A stretch of DNA of 64,000 bases from Balanoglossus misakiensis (taxonomy: Eukaryota; Animalia; Hemichordata), in contig CM082593.2 in the NCBI GenBank assembly GCA_040954595.2, positions 652,759 to 716,758 of the forward strand, given 5' to 3'. The stretch's first letter is position 1. Every line of letters starts with the position of its first letter. Shown one piece after another: positions 1-12,614 of this stretch. Position numbers and translations under genes: made by a program. Below the pieces are notes generated by a model. The model had not been told where the DNA came from, did not search any database, and was given only the letters and a program-made list of their open reading frames with translations.

Positions 1-117
1 ATGTTGAAGAGAGATTGTGCGAGGAGTATTTTCAAGGAAAGAGTTTCAGTGTTGAAATAACACCCACGGGTATAGTTAAATTAATTTAGTAGCACAAGAG
101 AGTACAAGTTAGCTTAC

Positions 118-147
118 CTTCCAATGCCCGATAGAAATCAAATACAT
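118..147 (-). other. Possible first exon of a gene running off the left edge of the window
   Basis: The minus strand reads ATG TAT TTG ATT TCT ATC GGG CAT TGG AAG|GTAAGC, a consensus donor, in a relatively CpG-rich patch. Too short to identify. Confidence 0.3.
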
Positions 148-2578
148 CCGCTTGTAAATACGACCTAAGCAACCGGCAAAAAAATTCTGTCCAGTGATGG
201 CGCTGTGGACAACTACAGTACGGTACAGTGCAGTATTGACGGGAGATGAGTGAGCAAAGGACCTACCAAGATATTTAAAATAGTTTTGATTGTCGATTTT
301 TATTAATACAGATTTCCAACGTGCAAAACTTTCATAATGTGATTAATTGTAACTGTCTAGTGTGACTAGTTCAAAATATTTCTGGGTAGTTTCACAAGAT
401 GTGGTATAATTTATAAATTCACACATTTAATTATGTTTTTGTGTGTTTTGGCAAATTGAATTAGTGAAGGACAAGACATCAACACCTCATATATGTCAAT
501 GTATGTTTCATGGTCTTTGTTGTTACAAAACAAGAAATGTGTCTAAACATGTTCAATGTCACTTTCCCAATACCCAGGGGAGTCATATAATTGCACTGAA
601 ATTGGTCTCATGCTGACGCAGAATAAAGGTGACGTCAGTAAAAATGAGGCAAGGAAGACCCTTGTGAGCTCGTTATAACACAAACACAAAAACAACAACA
701 TATGTATCAGGGTTAGAGGGTTATAAAAAAACTTTACCTTTATATGAACTTGTTTGCATGCATTCATAAAAACAACCATGTTGATTCTCCCATAGCTATG
801 GCCAGAAGCCTGATGACTGAAAATGGAAAATGGATTGAGTGTGACAACCACGATTATGCATTTTTTATTTTTTTATTTCGGTAAACCAACAGGCCAGATG
901 CCCATTTACAGGCATCTGTTAAAATCAACTATAAAGAAAAATACAACTACAGAAAATAAAAGGCAGAAGAAAACAATATGATCTGATAAATAAACAACAA
1001 CTCACAAAAAAATAAGAAAAATAAAACAGAAGTTAAAAGCGGGCTAGACTAGTCAAATGAAAATTGTGAGTACACAGAACACAATACTCCTAGCATGGTG
1101 TTGTAGCTGTCTACTAAAACAAAATAAAATATAACTCGGAAAGAAGTTACACTTGTTATACCAACCAGTAAAATAAATATAAATACAAAAGTATAAGTAA
1201 AAATAAATAAAATACAAATAAACTATAAATAAAATAAAAAAAATCATCCAAAATAAATCAACATATTTGTGGCATAATATTAATGATTACAAGAATCTGT
1301 CCTTTGATATTCTTACCTTATCAAATATGTTGATTTATATTCATTTATCCATTTTGATTCGCCCTTATACTGATTAATCCAATCTGGGGTAAAAATAATA
1401 CATGACACATACATGTAATTTCTCTTGAATAGATGTACTCAGACAGATATCTTGGTATTTTGTGAATACCCTTAATAATTAATACTATTGTAATTAGTAA
1501 TAATACTAACCAAAAATCAAACAATTGAAGTATTCATATGTAATGTCCCGGGATTGGTTGTGAATGGGTCATGACATCTGGTCATTATTTGCCACCAGTT
1601 TTTTCTTCTGCTCAATGCAAGACAAACCCCTGGTTGATTTCAGCAGGGGAACTGTGAATGAGACATTTAATATTCATGAGCAATAACATCACTGGCATTT
1701 ATAGTCAATTACTATCGTCTCAGAAACTGTCGGTTATTAATATTTATTAAGTGTTGTGCCCTTTCCAACTGGCTGCGAAGAATTATTCACCGAAACACTA
1801 CAATAACACCCCCCCCCCCCAACCCTAACCCCCACTCATAAATGCACCGTTGCACGATGGGCTTACGTACATGTAAACAATTTACATGGCCGAGTAATGC
1901 CACGTTGATGGGTGAAGTTTCAACAAAGTTTGTACAAAAATACACAACTCACAATTCTGCCTGTGAGCTATACTAATGCAGAAAGTATATTTACCTCGCT
2001 GACGACCTTGGAATCAGAAAGTATTTCGAATTTAATACGAAATTTGGAAGAAAACCAGGCGCATGCTTCTCACCACCCTTCAATGTCACACAAACGAAAG
2101 ATGCGGAAGCATACAATCAACTTACAAGTTACATCCTGCAAGATACATACAACACAAGGAACAGCAAACAGCGAGAAAAAATTATCGAAACGAAAGTTAT
2201 GTCCTCTCTTAACCTCAAATCGTGTCACAAGACTATTCTCTGCGACAAATAAGAATCTCCTCAATCAAAACCCATGATTTAATAGACAGGAACTAATTTT
2301 ACGATGAGTAGCGATACAAAAACAAAGGATGTGCTGATATGCTTCCCCTGGCCAATTTCTACCGTTGGCTGCGCTGTGCTCCATTGCCCTACATTCTTTC
2401 TATATCTACAACAGGTAGCTTTCTGTAATTCAATGTAGTGTTATTGGCTTCCTATGTAATATAAGAGATTGCTTTAATACTATCGATATATTTTAATTGC
2501 CATCATGACAGATTACAGGCTTTGCTGAAGGCCTAGCCCACACATTTTGCGCGTCAATTGCGACATAGGCCCCTAAAC

Positions 2579-4958
2579 CTACATTATCTGGAAGGTTTCG
2601 TCGTCAAACCCGCATGCGACGTCAGTTTCATTTGATATTATCAGATAAATAATTGTTGACAAGGCAAAAAAGGAACCAAATATGATGAAATAAATCCTAT
2701 CTAAAACCAGAGCCACTGTTGCCCATTGGCCTGATATTTGGCCGTTTTTGTCTTCCTCGTCAAAACGTACATTCAATTCCTTGTCATGGCTTTTGCCTGC
2801 TTCGTCGTCACAATCTCCTGGCATGTTGCTTGAAAGATCAACGGTGGTGGCGTCTTGCAACGAAATGTTGCACATCTCAGCTTTAATCGACTTTTCCCAA
2901 CTCTTGCGTCCCTCCATCGGTTCCGACGCTTTCCCAATGGCATTGCACATCATGATAGAGCGATATTTCTCCACCGTTTTGTTCAGCCATTTTGGAACAG
3001 GTTTCCTGTGCCCCATGTGGTGGACATACAACATGGACATGGTTGCCATGGTGTTCAACACCAAGATAACAATGTTGACGGATATATACACACCTGAAAT
3101 GATAATAGATTCTTGATAAACTTTCTAGTTCAACCACATGGAACAGAGCTTTCCCTGGTGGCGCAGTTTTAAACTTGGCCTTGAAAGCCACCGACGCATA
3201 TCATACTTGTTAGAGAATTAATGGAAGGAGTAACTCACAAACATTATAATAATTGCTCGTAAACTTTATTTACCGGTAAATTTTTCTTACCAATATAAGG
3301 CATCTGACTTGTCGGCGGTATTTCGTTGGCAACCATCTGATAGAAAACAAACATTGTCAATAGGCTGGTCATGGAGAGACTGATGCGAGAATAAGTTGCC
3401 GCGGGGAGATAGAAGCCGAAGAGAGACAGAAGGCATACGGACACTGTCGGAAGAATTAGGCGTAGTATGTACGGTTCGTGTCTGCGACGCATCTTAACCA
3501 AGAACAGCAGAGTCGGATAGACCTCATCGGGGCAGCACACGTAGGTGCCGCTAAATCGCTTGACGGGAACTGACTTGATCTCCCACACACCATCGGGCAT
3601 CAAGTTCGCCAGCGACGCCCCGGACTCATTTTCAGGGTGAATGTCAACCATGCTGCCGTCTCTCAACCAGGAACCGACTTTGATAGGACAACACTGGTGG
3701 TCAAATGGGAAGTGCATGACATTCATTTTACAGCTGGTTGAAATGACGCTAGGGTACAACCACTTGACGCGACCGTCCCATCTCAGCTTAATGTGACTTG
3801 TCGACAACAGATCAGATACTTCGTTATGTATGCTGGGAAACAAAATACATATAGGATTAAGGCCAGGGATTTTCAAACGATGAAATGACGTTCAGGTTTT
3901 ATTTGCAAAGAAGCCCATATTCAAAGCATACCTTCCAAAAATCCGTATGTCTGGCCTCCAGACGGCATTAGCCGGTAGTACTATTTTGTCAATGCCGCCA
4001 TATTCCGAAACATTCCACTGAAGTCTTTCATCAAACCATGTCTGAAAGTTAATAAGCGACTCAGAATTACAATAATATCACAAATTCAAAGTCCTAACTA
4101 CGGCATCTTTGTGCGTGCATGTCCTTTTTTACAAAATATCTTCCAATTTTACTCTTACTGTTTGACAGTAAGAAAGAACGAAAACTTACCTGTCTAAACC
4201 ACATATTGTATTTCACCGCCTGACCCTTTTCGTCCTGAAATGATAAACATTTAAGCTTACACTCTATTGGAATCATAATCATCCTTAATCTAAAGTTGTC
4301 GTGATATTGTTTCCAGCTGAAAACCACATCGCATAAGGGTTGTTACACAGAGACTGCCCACCAATGCATCATCGATAGTGCGACTGTGCTGAAAACCATG
4401 AACTTTACTTGTTTTATATCAGTTATGGGGAGCAATCGCGACAATTTGCGGACTGGTTGATTGTTTGTGAACGCTGAAGTCTTGAAAAGAGTGCCACTTT
4501 GAAGCGTGGTCCCAGACTCTTTGATTCACTTACCACGTCCACAACGGAGTTCAGCGAAAAACCATATGTCACGTTCACAGCGCTCTCGGCGTCAATAACT
4601 GGTAGAATATCAGTGTCATAATCATTTGAGGAGAATAGTTGTACGTGAAGTAACTTTCTGTAGTCTGTCCTATTCCTTGGAGAACCTGTTACACACAATT
4701 TGAGTATATATGTATCATGGTCGACGGTAACCGAAACCAGAAGTCCAATTCCAAATTCGGAACTCAGCTCAGTACCAGAAACTCGCTCAACTTAAGCAAA
4801 CCCACGAAAAGTATTATATATATAAAGACAAAAACCACCAAGCGACTAGTGGGCTAGCCTCTGGATCAGGAGACAGAAACAAAAAGTTACTTACCTGTTA
4901 GAGTGACCCTGGCGTACACCAACACCAATAACACAACTGCTGTCTTATGTGTGTTCAT
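2579..4958 (-). CDS. Nicotinic acetylcholine receptor alpha-type subunit (Cys-loop ligand-gated ion channel), divergent, broadly alpha7/alpha9/alpha10-like
   Basis: Six exons with GT-AG ends and consistent phases: 4958-4895 (signal peptide MNTHKTAVVLLVLVYARVTLT), 4685-4534, 4234-4190 (45 nt), 4041-3932 (110 nt, WRPDI), 3832-3291, 3093-2579. Cys-loop CKMNVMHFPFDHQCC, loop B GSW, loop C vicinal cysteines YVCCPDEVY, four TM helices, and QWATVALVLDR before TM4. The frame stays open upstream to ~5132, so the start codon is not certain. Confidence 0.93.
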
Positions 4959-6617
4959 CCTGCAAGCGATACTCTGTTGAGAAGTGTTTGCTCGAGTGCG
5001 CAATGAGAACTGTTCTCTCCAACAACTCAGCGGAGAATTTAAGAGGATAAATCCGTCTTCCTCTTTTTTTAAATCATCGCTCATCGCTTTTTCCTCGGTG
5101 TGGAAATTAATATCACATACTTCTGAATCCACTTATCAACCAAAAACTTCATGTTTCGATGGTTATATGTGAAACTTTTAGTCGCTTCCTGAAATTCAGT
5201 CTCGTAAACAAACCCCATGTAAATTGTTGAACACATGCGAAACTGGAAAAGGTTGTAAAAATGACAAACGGATTACAAGTATTCATGGCATACACGAAGG
5301 TTATAAAGTCTCTATTTTACATGAATAACTTAGGCATAATCGAGGATTGTATATTCAAGTTGCCTTACTGTCTGGAAATCTTCAGGAAATGAAAGTACAA
5401 TTGAGTTTGCTATATTTAAATATCCTGCTAACGCCATCAAAGACAGTCATAACTGCTCCGTCAAAATTAAAAAAAAAATTGCTTACTTAATTTCAAAACA
5501 TCTGCATATATAGCTTATGTGTACTCTGGACTAATTCGTGTTACGCATGCTTCAAAGTGAACGGGATAGACAACTTGAATAAAGTTGTGAATCGTTGCAC
5601 CCATGGATCTGTTTCAGAAAACTCGTCACTTACCGACAAGACCGAAAGCGAGACACTGAATAATTAGAAGAGCCAATTGAATGACCCTCTGTGATTGACG
5701 GAACTGACTGGAATACATATTTCTTGACGAACTGACTGCGTCGATGATGAAACTATTCAAAGCATTTGCTGCAGAAACCCAAAACCTACGCATGTGCAGT
5801 GTAGTACATGATTATCATATAGAAGAAAAACGACATGCGCACGATGTTATCGTCTCGTAGACATAGTCCCCATTTATCTTCCTGTCTGGCATCATTTATC
5901 TCGTGGGAAAGGCACATTAACGGGGCGAGTGATATCTAGTTGATATTGTTCATCTATTTCTGGAGCTAATTTCTCAAATGGGTCAGGCGGCTTCCGGAAG
6001 CGTGCCAACTGCAAGAACTTTTTCATTTGTTGATATCTGCCACCTAAAGTTAGTTGTCCTTTAACTTTTGTTTTCTCTCAGGGTGTAACCTTATAACACT
6101 TCCCCCACTAACAGGCCACATAGTTCATATGTTCATAATCATATCAGTAAAAAATTTATTGGTGTTATTTGGGTTTATCTATACAACCAGGAACTGTGGA
6201 GAATCACATACAATCATTTGAAACACAACTATAATGCAAATGTCTTCCATGCGACGTAATTGTATTTATTGCTCAACATTTTTGTTACATTGACTAAATG
6301 TATGAAATGATGCGTTACCAGAGATTGGGAAAATGTTGCTTGATTTCTGAAAATCGTTCACAGTATACTTGCAAAATTCAAACTTTGTGAACAGAAAACT
6401 GCATTTTTATTTCGTTGCTTGTGTCTATTTTAAACTTTCACCTGGTCTTCTCTGTAGTTACTGAATTAATGACCAAACATGAACTAACGATCAAACCATT
6501 TGACAGATGAAAATATTAGAATCAAATCAACCTCCATATAAATAGAAGTGACTGGTTGAATTTATAGACAACGTCCGTTAATATGGTTTACATTGACGAC
6601 ATGGTCCAATGCTTTTT

Positions 6618-9600
6618 TTAAGACTCGGTAGTTTCAGTTTTATTGGCATCGCCTTCCTCAACAACTACGTTTTCTGTGACAGTTTCTGTCGTAGTAACTG
6701 TGCTTTCCTCTGCGCCGTCGCCACCTTCGCGTATGACCGTCTCCGTGACAACGGTCTTGACTACGTGGGTAGAATGGGAGGAACGCGATTCCGATGACGT
6801 CACCTCAGAGGTGGAGACATCTTCACCTTCGACCTGCGTTTTGGTTTCTACTGACTTCGTGGTATCGATGATGACTGGGGTGCTTTTCGGCTCTTCTATC
6901 ACTTTTTCTGTGACTATCGTACGAACGGTGACTTCTTCCTCGGCATCCTGTTCGGGGGCTGCAGGCTTTTCCTCTTCGGCGGCCGGTGTCTGCTCAGTGG
7001 CTGCCTGTTCCTGAACAACGATTGGTTCACTATCCGGTTTATTGGCTTCTTGTGGCTTTTCTGACGAATCAGCTTCTGGCTTATCTGCTGCTTGCTCCTT
7101 TTGTTCAACTGGAGCCTCCTTCTGATCTTCGGAGAGATCGTCAACAGGCACTATCTGTGGCGTATCTCCTTCTTCGGGAGCGGCTACAACAGAAGGAAAT
7201 AAACCAATTCAGTCGGCAATCCTTGAAAATAACCAGCAAGTACATCACGCCCGCAACCTGTGTCAAGTTACACAGTTACACAAACCAAAGTAGTAATATT
7301 GGCGGTTCATAGGGACGCGTAACAAATATTTTTTTCCATGTGGTCTAGAATGACTATATCGCCACCACGTGCTGGTGTCAGTTTTTGAATTACATCGCCA
7401 TGCAGTGCAATGTCTTATAGAGGTTGCTGTACTGAAACTGACACAATAAGATGTCATATTTCCTTGACAGATTTTTACACGTTCAACGGATAAAGTACCC
7501 ATGACCACCTCGCTCAAGAATTAATCCGAAGGGCAATTGCTTGAGGTGACGTGACAGCTGTCATAAATTTCAACATTCAAATCATGATACGCGAGACGAT
7601 GTCTCTCTCGGATTTTCCATGCAAATATGCGTGGCAGGCGAACACTGTAACCAGCTCTAGATCAGTCAGAATTTATCGATTCCGTTTTTCTTTAAATGAA
7701 TTTGAAAATCACGAGAAACAGCTGCAAGAACTGTGGGGACAGTTTCCGCACCGGATGTAGTCGATTTCATGTGAATGACGGACAGCTGATACGGACACAA
7801 GTTTGTAGAGCAGATGTGAGTGACGGCGTCGTTTTGTATGTAATGATCAAATCGTATTATTTGGAAACAGTAGTAGCATTCGATCGTGGCATGTCAAAGG
7901 TGGTTTTGCATTTAAATTGAGCATACATTTATATTATGTGAACGGATACCAACCCTGGAAGAAGGTTATGTCACAAAAGAGTGAAGGAACTGAAGATAAC
8001 AGATAGCCGGAAGATTCACTCGACCTTCGAAATGCATGTATCTATTTGAATTTCAAATAGATGACTGTGACTTCTAGACTACAATTGTTTCTATGATCAT
8101 TCATGCAAAAGTTGACGAAACCTTCTTGGTTGCAACTTCCAGTGACCACTGTGAGTAATTCCACTGTGAAAGTGATGTGTGGGGTTCAAACTGGCGACCT
8201 CCAGTAACAATTCACGTAGCAAAGAACTCGAGTCACCGAGTGATTGATCAGAGGTGAAAGGTATTCCGGGTGGCAAAGAGAATCGAGTTTCATTCCCACA
8301 ATGACATCATGCCCACTACAAACCAGTTCCTGCCGAGAACATTCCTTTCATTCTAGGTCACTGCCTTCTCGAGGGTCAACCCATGGTCATATTTCTCCCA
8401 CCGATAAACAGAAGGCACATACTATTACTAGTATACATGCATGTTGCACTTTAAGGGTTTTAGTTGCCAGGGAGTTTCTCGTGGTCGAAAAGATTCTCGT
8501 TGACAAGTGAAACTTGAACTCCATATCGCGGCCATCGCGACCCCAACAGTCGAAGTCAACGTACTCCTTGAAATTGGAACTTCATAACCTCTGCGATACA
8601 TGTATAATTAAACTTCTCAACAATTTTCATGAATGTACACACATTTTATGAGGAAAGGCCCTCATATCACCATGTATGGGGGGTAACCTATTTACTACAG
8701 GAACATAAAATCTCGTAAATGAAAATGATTGCACTGGGATTTAATACACATTAACGTACATATTTTCTCTCTATACTATACCCAGTTGTCACTCAATATT
8801 TTTCTAACACTTGGTCTATGCCAAAACTTATCATATCAGCTTGCCAGATTGAAATTTTACACTATACCACAACCAGAACATCCTTCCGATCCAGAAATTG
8901 TTTTATACTTCTGAAACCTTGGTGACATAGAGGTATGTGACAATGCGACCATGGAAGTCGCACCGTCCTTGTTGCTATGGAAACATGTAAATGTATCCTT
9001 GCGATAGTCTCATGCAGAATGAGTTGAGTGCGCATCGCGATGACCTGGGTCATCTGGGGGCCATGGCGGATTATGCAGTGTCAAAAACCACCAGCATCAG
9101 AGGTGTCATTTCCAAATACTTAAAAAACCGTCGTCAGATATGTCATGGCAGAAATAGCAAAAACCTCTGCGAGGCAAATGAAACAGCCGATATCTTCCAC
9201 TTCAGTGCAGTGTGAGGTGACCGTCGTCAGAATAGTTCTTTTGGCACCCGGGGTTTGGCAGCTGCAAAATGATTTATGTCTCCAAGGAGACTAAGGGGAC
9301 GGGGTATCCCGGATGTAGGGCAGTCGGATATTCGAGATATTCTAATAAAAGTTTATATCCTCGTAATCTGCAAAACAGACCTGCATTTATGGACAAGTTT
9401 GGCAGTGGGGTTCGATTAATGTATGTGTGAAAGTTCAAAGTGCAGGTTTGTTTAATAGCGTGAAGCGAAAGGTTCTGGTGAGGCAGTCAAAAAGTTAGCA
9501 TGAACGATACGCTATGATGATGATGATCATCATATAGACAGATGCCTGCTATTTAGCTTTCTGATGACCCTTTGCCTTACAGTCAAAGTTACTATCTTCT

Positions 9601-11624
9601 GTCATTATTTTGGTTATTTTTGTTTCTAGTGAATAGTTATTCTGGTATTTTGTATACAGCTAACTGGGGAAACAGGCGTTTGAGTCATCAAAGTTGTATC
9701 TACACCTTCAAGATGTGTAAAAGGCATCGAAAGTACTGTTCTGATTTGCAGTTTTGTTTCTCCTGTAATTTCAATCTGATCCGGAATGGGCCAATAGTAA
9801 CCACAGAAACGAAGAAGATATGGTAGAAAACCCTTCTCTCTTTAAATATATAGTATGGCGGGTCAATAACTGACCGCGCCAATTGTTTCCTGCTGTGAGT
9901 ATCATGAGTATTGCGAACGCTAATTTTGGATAGTGATCAGCTGTCCACACTCGACATCAACTCGTGCCTGTTTTCGTCAATCCAGCCTATTATCTATACA
10001 CACTTGCTCTGTCCATGGTTTCCGTTGCATGCAGGATGTCAAACGGAAATAGATTTTAAAAGAGCGACAAATAGCTCAGCGGAAGAGAGAACAATGCTAA
10101 ACGTGTGATTATTATAATTAGTCAATAATTATAATGTAGTAAAAGGCGATAATCACTCTGGTCTGTTTCAGACACTTGCTTACAGGAAATGAGTAATTCA
10201 AGTGTCATATTTGAAATCGAATCTCGGGAAGCGTCGCTCCATTTTGTTTCTAGTCACATGAAACCAACAAGAATTTCATGACCTGTCTCTAAACTCCGAG
10301 TGAACTTTGATACAGCAAAACGGGGAAAAAATGATTAGGCATGATTCTAAAAACGACCAATCCCATAAATGGAGCTGAGCTGGCTCGATAAGGAACGTGC
10401 TGGATGGATGAATGGAGTGCAAGCATATTGTAACTATCGTTTTTCCGGGAGAGCAGTGCATATTTGCCGTCTGAGTCTGGAGTTCTCGCTATTGCATAAT
10501 TTGGCGATGTGCAAGACAACGGGAAACTCGATATACTTGTGATATTGTAAGCGCCGGTGGACAGGCGTTTAGGGTCGATGCATCATGCATCACAATCGAC
10601 ACACAGCGTGGATGCACATAACTGTCTGGGCACGTCCTTGGTTACATTGATCAGCGTCTCAGTTTACTTCTCCTAGAGAAGTCACCAAACCGACATATCT
10701 GACAGAATCAGCCTTGCTAATTACAGAACTACTCTTTTAATTGTAAGAGCTAACAATTAAATTTTAACAACATAATTATCCTAACGAATGCACACAACAT
10801 GTGCGAATGCTATCTGTATTTAGCAATGTTAGATTCCGTTGAGACACCAACGGACAGATATTGTGATGAGCATTCGATGAAATGGAGCGAATTACTTACA
10901 TACTTTGAATAACTTGTACGTTGGAATGTAGTCTCAGTGTTGTGCCTTCAATGTGTTTAAAGCTAAAAACTCTCACATCTGCGGCAAGCAAGTTATCAAA
11001 GCGTGCGGGCGACGAACTTAAATCGGCTACATTGCAATCAAGACTTTAGCTGAGATCAAAACGTGTGGGGGGAAGCACGTAGTAACATATGCAATTTCGT
11101 AGTGCTGTTGGGAAAATAAATAAACCGGAATAATATATTGGAAGACAGTTTAAATTCCAAAGCCGTTTTCTTTTTTCGACACAAGCGGATGATTGCACAA
11201 CATGGTGCTCTCGATGTCAGCGAGACTGTGACAGTTGACCTCCACTTCACTTAAGTCGCGCCTTTCTCTCCCAACCATCAGTCCAAAGATTAACACGAAA
11301 ACGCACAGCAAAACAAGACCTTCATTTAGGGTTATTATTAGACAGATGCAGAACGGTGACACGATCGAGCTGTTACCAGTTTTACGCATCAAACTTCGAA
11401 GTACGATTTGCAATGATGATTAAGTTGTTGGAGGTTGTTAGTAGACTCAAATAGCTTTCAAGTGTTGGTACGTGTTTATCGCCTAATGACATTCGACAGA
11501 CATATTGAGTACTTCCAGATTGTGCTTGAGAGTCAGGGAGGTTCAAATCCCGAAAGGTTGAAAAAAACTTACCGCGTTTTCGACGCCTGCCGACAGGACA
11601 GCACTTCGATAAAGCTTTCCCCAT
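6618..11624 (-). CDS. Unnamed ~205-aa acidic, low-complexity protein with N-terminal myristoylation, palmitoylation and polybasic motifs (BASP1/GAP-43/MARCKS-like architecture)
   Basis: Exon 1 11624-11573 encodes MGKALSKCCPVGRRRKR and ends at G|GTAAG (phase 1). Exon 2 7183-6618 follows a pyrimidine-tract TAG acceptor and continues in the same phase (AAPEEGDTPQIVPVDDLSEDQKEAPVEQ...KTETTES*). E/A/P/Q-rich, then T/V/E-rich. Additional small exons inside the 4.4 kb intron cannot be excluded. Confidence 0.75.
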
Positions 11625-12602
11625 GTTGTATTTCTTTAAAATGCAAATTCGAAACCGTCCAAAAATTGAGCTTCTTGGCTGGAGACTTGAAAATAGGGTG
11701 GGTTGGTGTGAATAAGCTTCCTGTGACGATCCAGATGAGCTGCTTGTCAGACTTGGTGATAGGCGGGCCTCATTCATGCATTATAAATTGGGACCGGGTA
11801 CTGAACACGTATTACGTGCCTGCCACTCCCTGAAAAGCGCCACTTTATAGTCAGTCGGTATAAATGATGCGAAAGATGAGAAAAGTGGCCATCACAATTT
11901 ATTTTTTAGTTTCTCCTGCCTGCATTCTTTCAAGTTTTCAAGCACCAACATATGTTTCTGAGTTGAAAAGCACCTAAAACCTTACAAAACGTTAGCTGTC
12001 AAAAAAATTTGTTTCCTTGAGAATCTGTACATGAGAAGGTAAAACCACAAAACCAAGCGCGGATAGAGAAAACACCAGAAATGAAAAAGGCTTCTGACAA
12101 TGTCTGAATTGACTACTTTGTCCTTGAAAATGGTGTTTGGGGCACATCTGCGTCGATGCCTTGACCCTTTGGCGTAACGTAACACTCAGTAGAGATGGCC
12201 GGAAAAACCACAAAAAGGTGTGTTTTTTCTCTCTCAGGCTTGTTTATATATTTGTGCAGTGCAGTACGGTGGACTTTGCTTTATGACGGCAATGCTCATA
12301 AAAGTTGACAGCGATGCGAAAGGTTTATAAAATGGCCGTCCTGACTATCTTCGGACTCTAAGGCTAAAAACAAAAGTATAACCTACTCTCGACACTAGTT
12401 GTACACTTTCATGAAAGTATGCGTTTCAAAGTAGCTGAGGTTTACGTGATTAATGTCCAAACCACTGTAAACTTCTCAAAGAAGCGACGCATAAAGCGAT
12501 CGCTTATTATTTGTGCAATCCCACTGCAGACTGGGAAAATCGTTGGGCTGGGGATAGGAAGTTCCCTTGTTGGACTCGGAGGTCACCAAACAAACAGACA
12601 TC

Positions 12603-12614
12603 CAAAATGGCGGC
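12603..12614 (+). promoter_or_regulatory. YY1-type motif (CAAAATGGCGGC) overlapping the first RUFY start codon, next to the ~1 kb divergent promoter region
   Basis: The sequence matches the YY1 consensus AANATGGCGGC, which often overlaps the ATG in housekeeping genes. Function is inferred only. Confidence 0.4.

Noticed and set aside
870-1260. A-rich tract and hydrophobic ORF 1053-1247 (-)
   Set aside because: Low-complexity A/T sequence yields spurious F/I/Y-rich ORFs. No terminal repeats or transposase were seen.
1806-1835. Poly-C and CCCTAACCC telomere-like or G-quadruplex patch
   Set aside because: Only about one and a half telomeric units beside a homopolymer, which is not significant.
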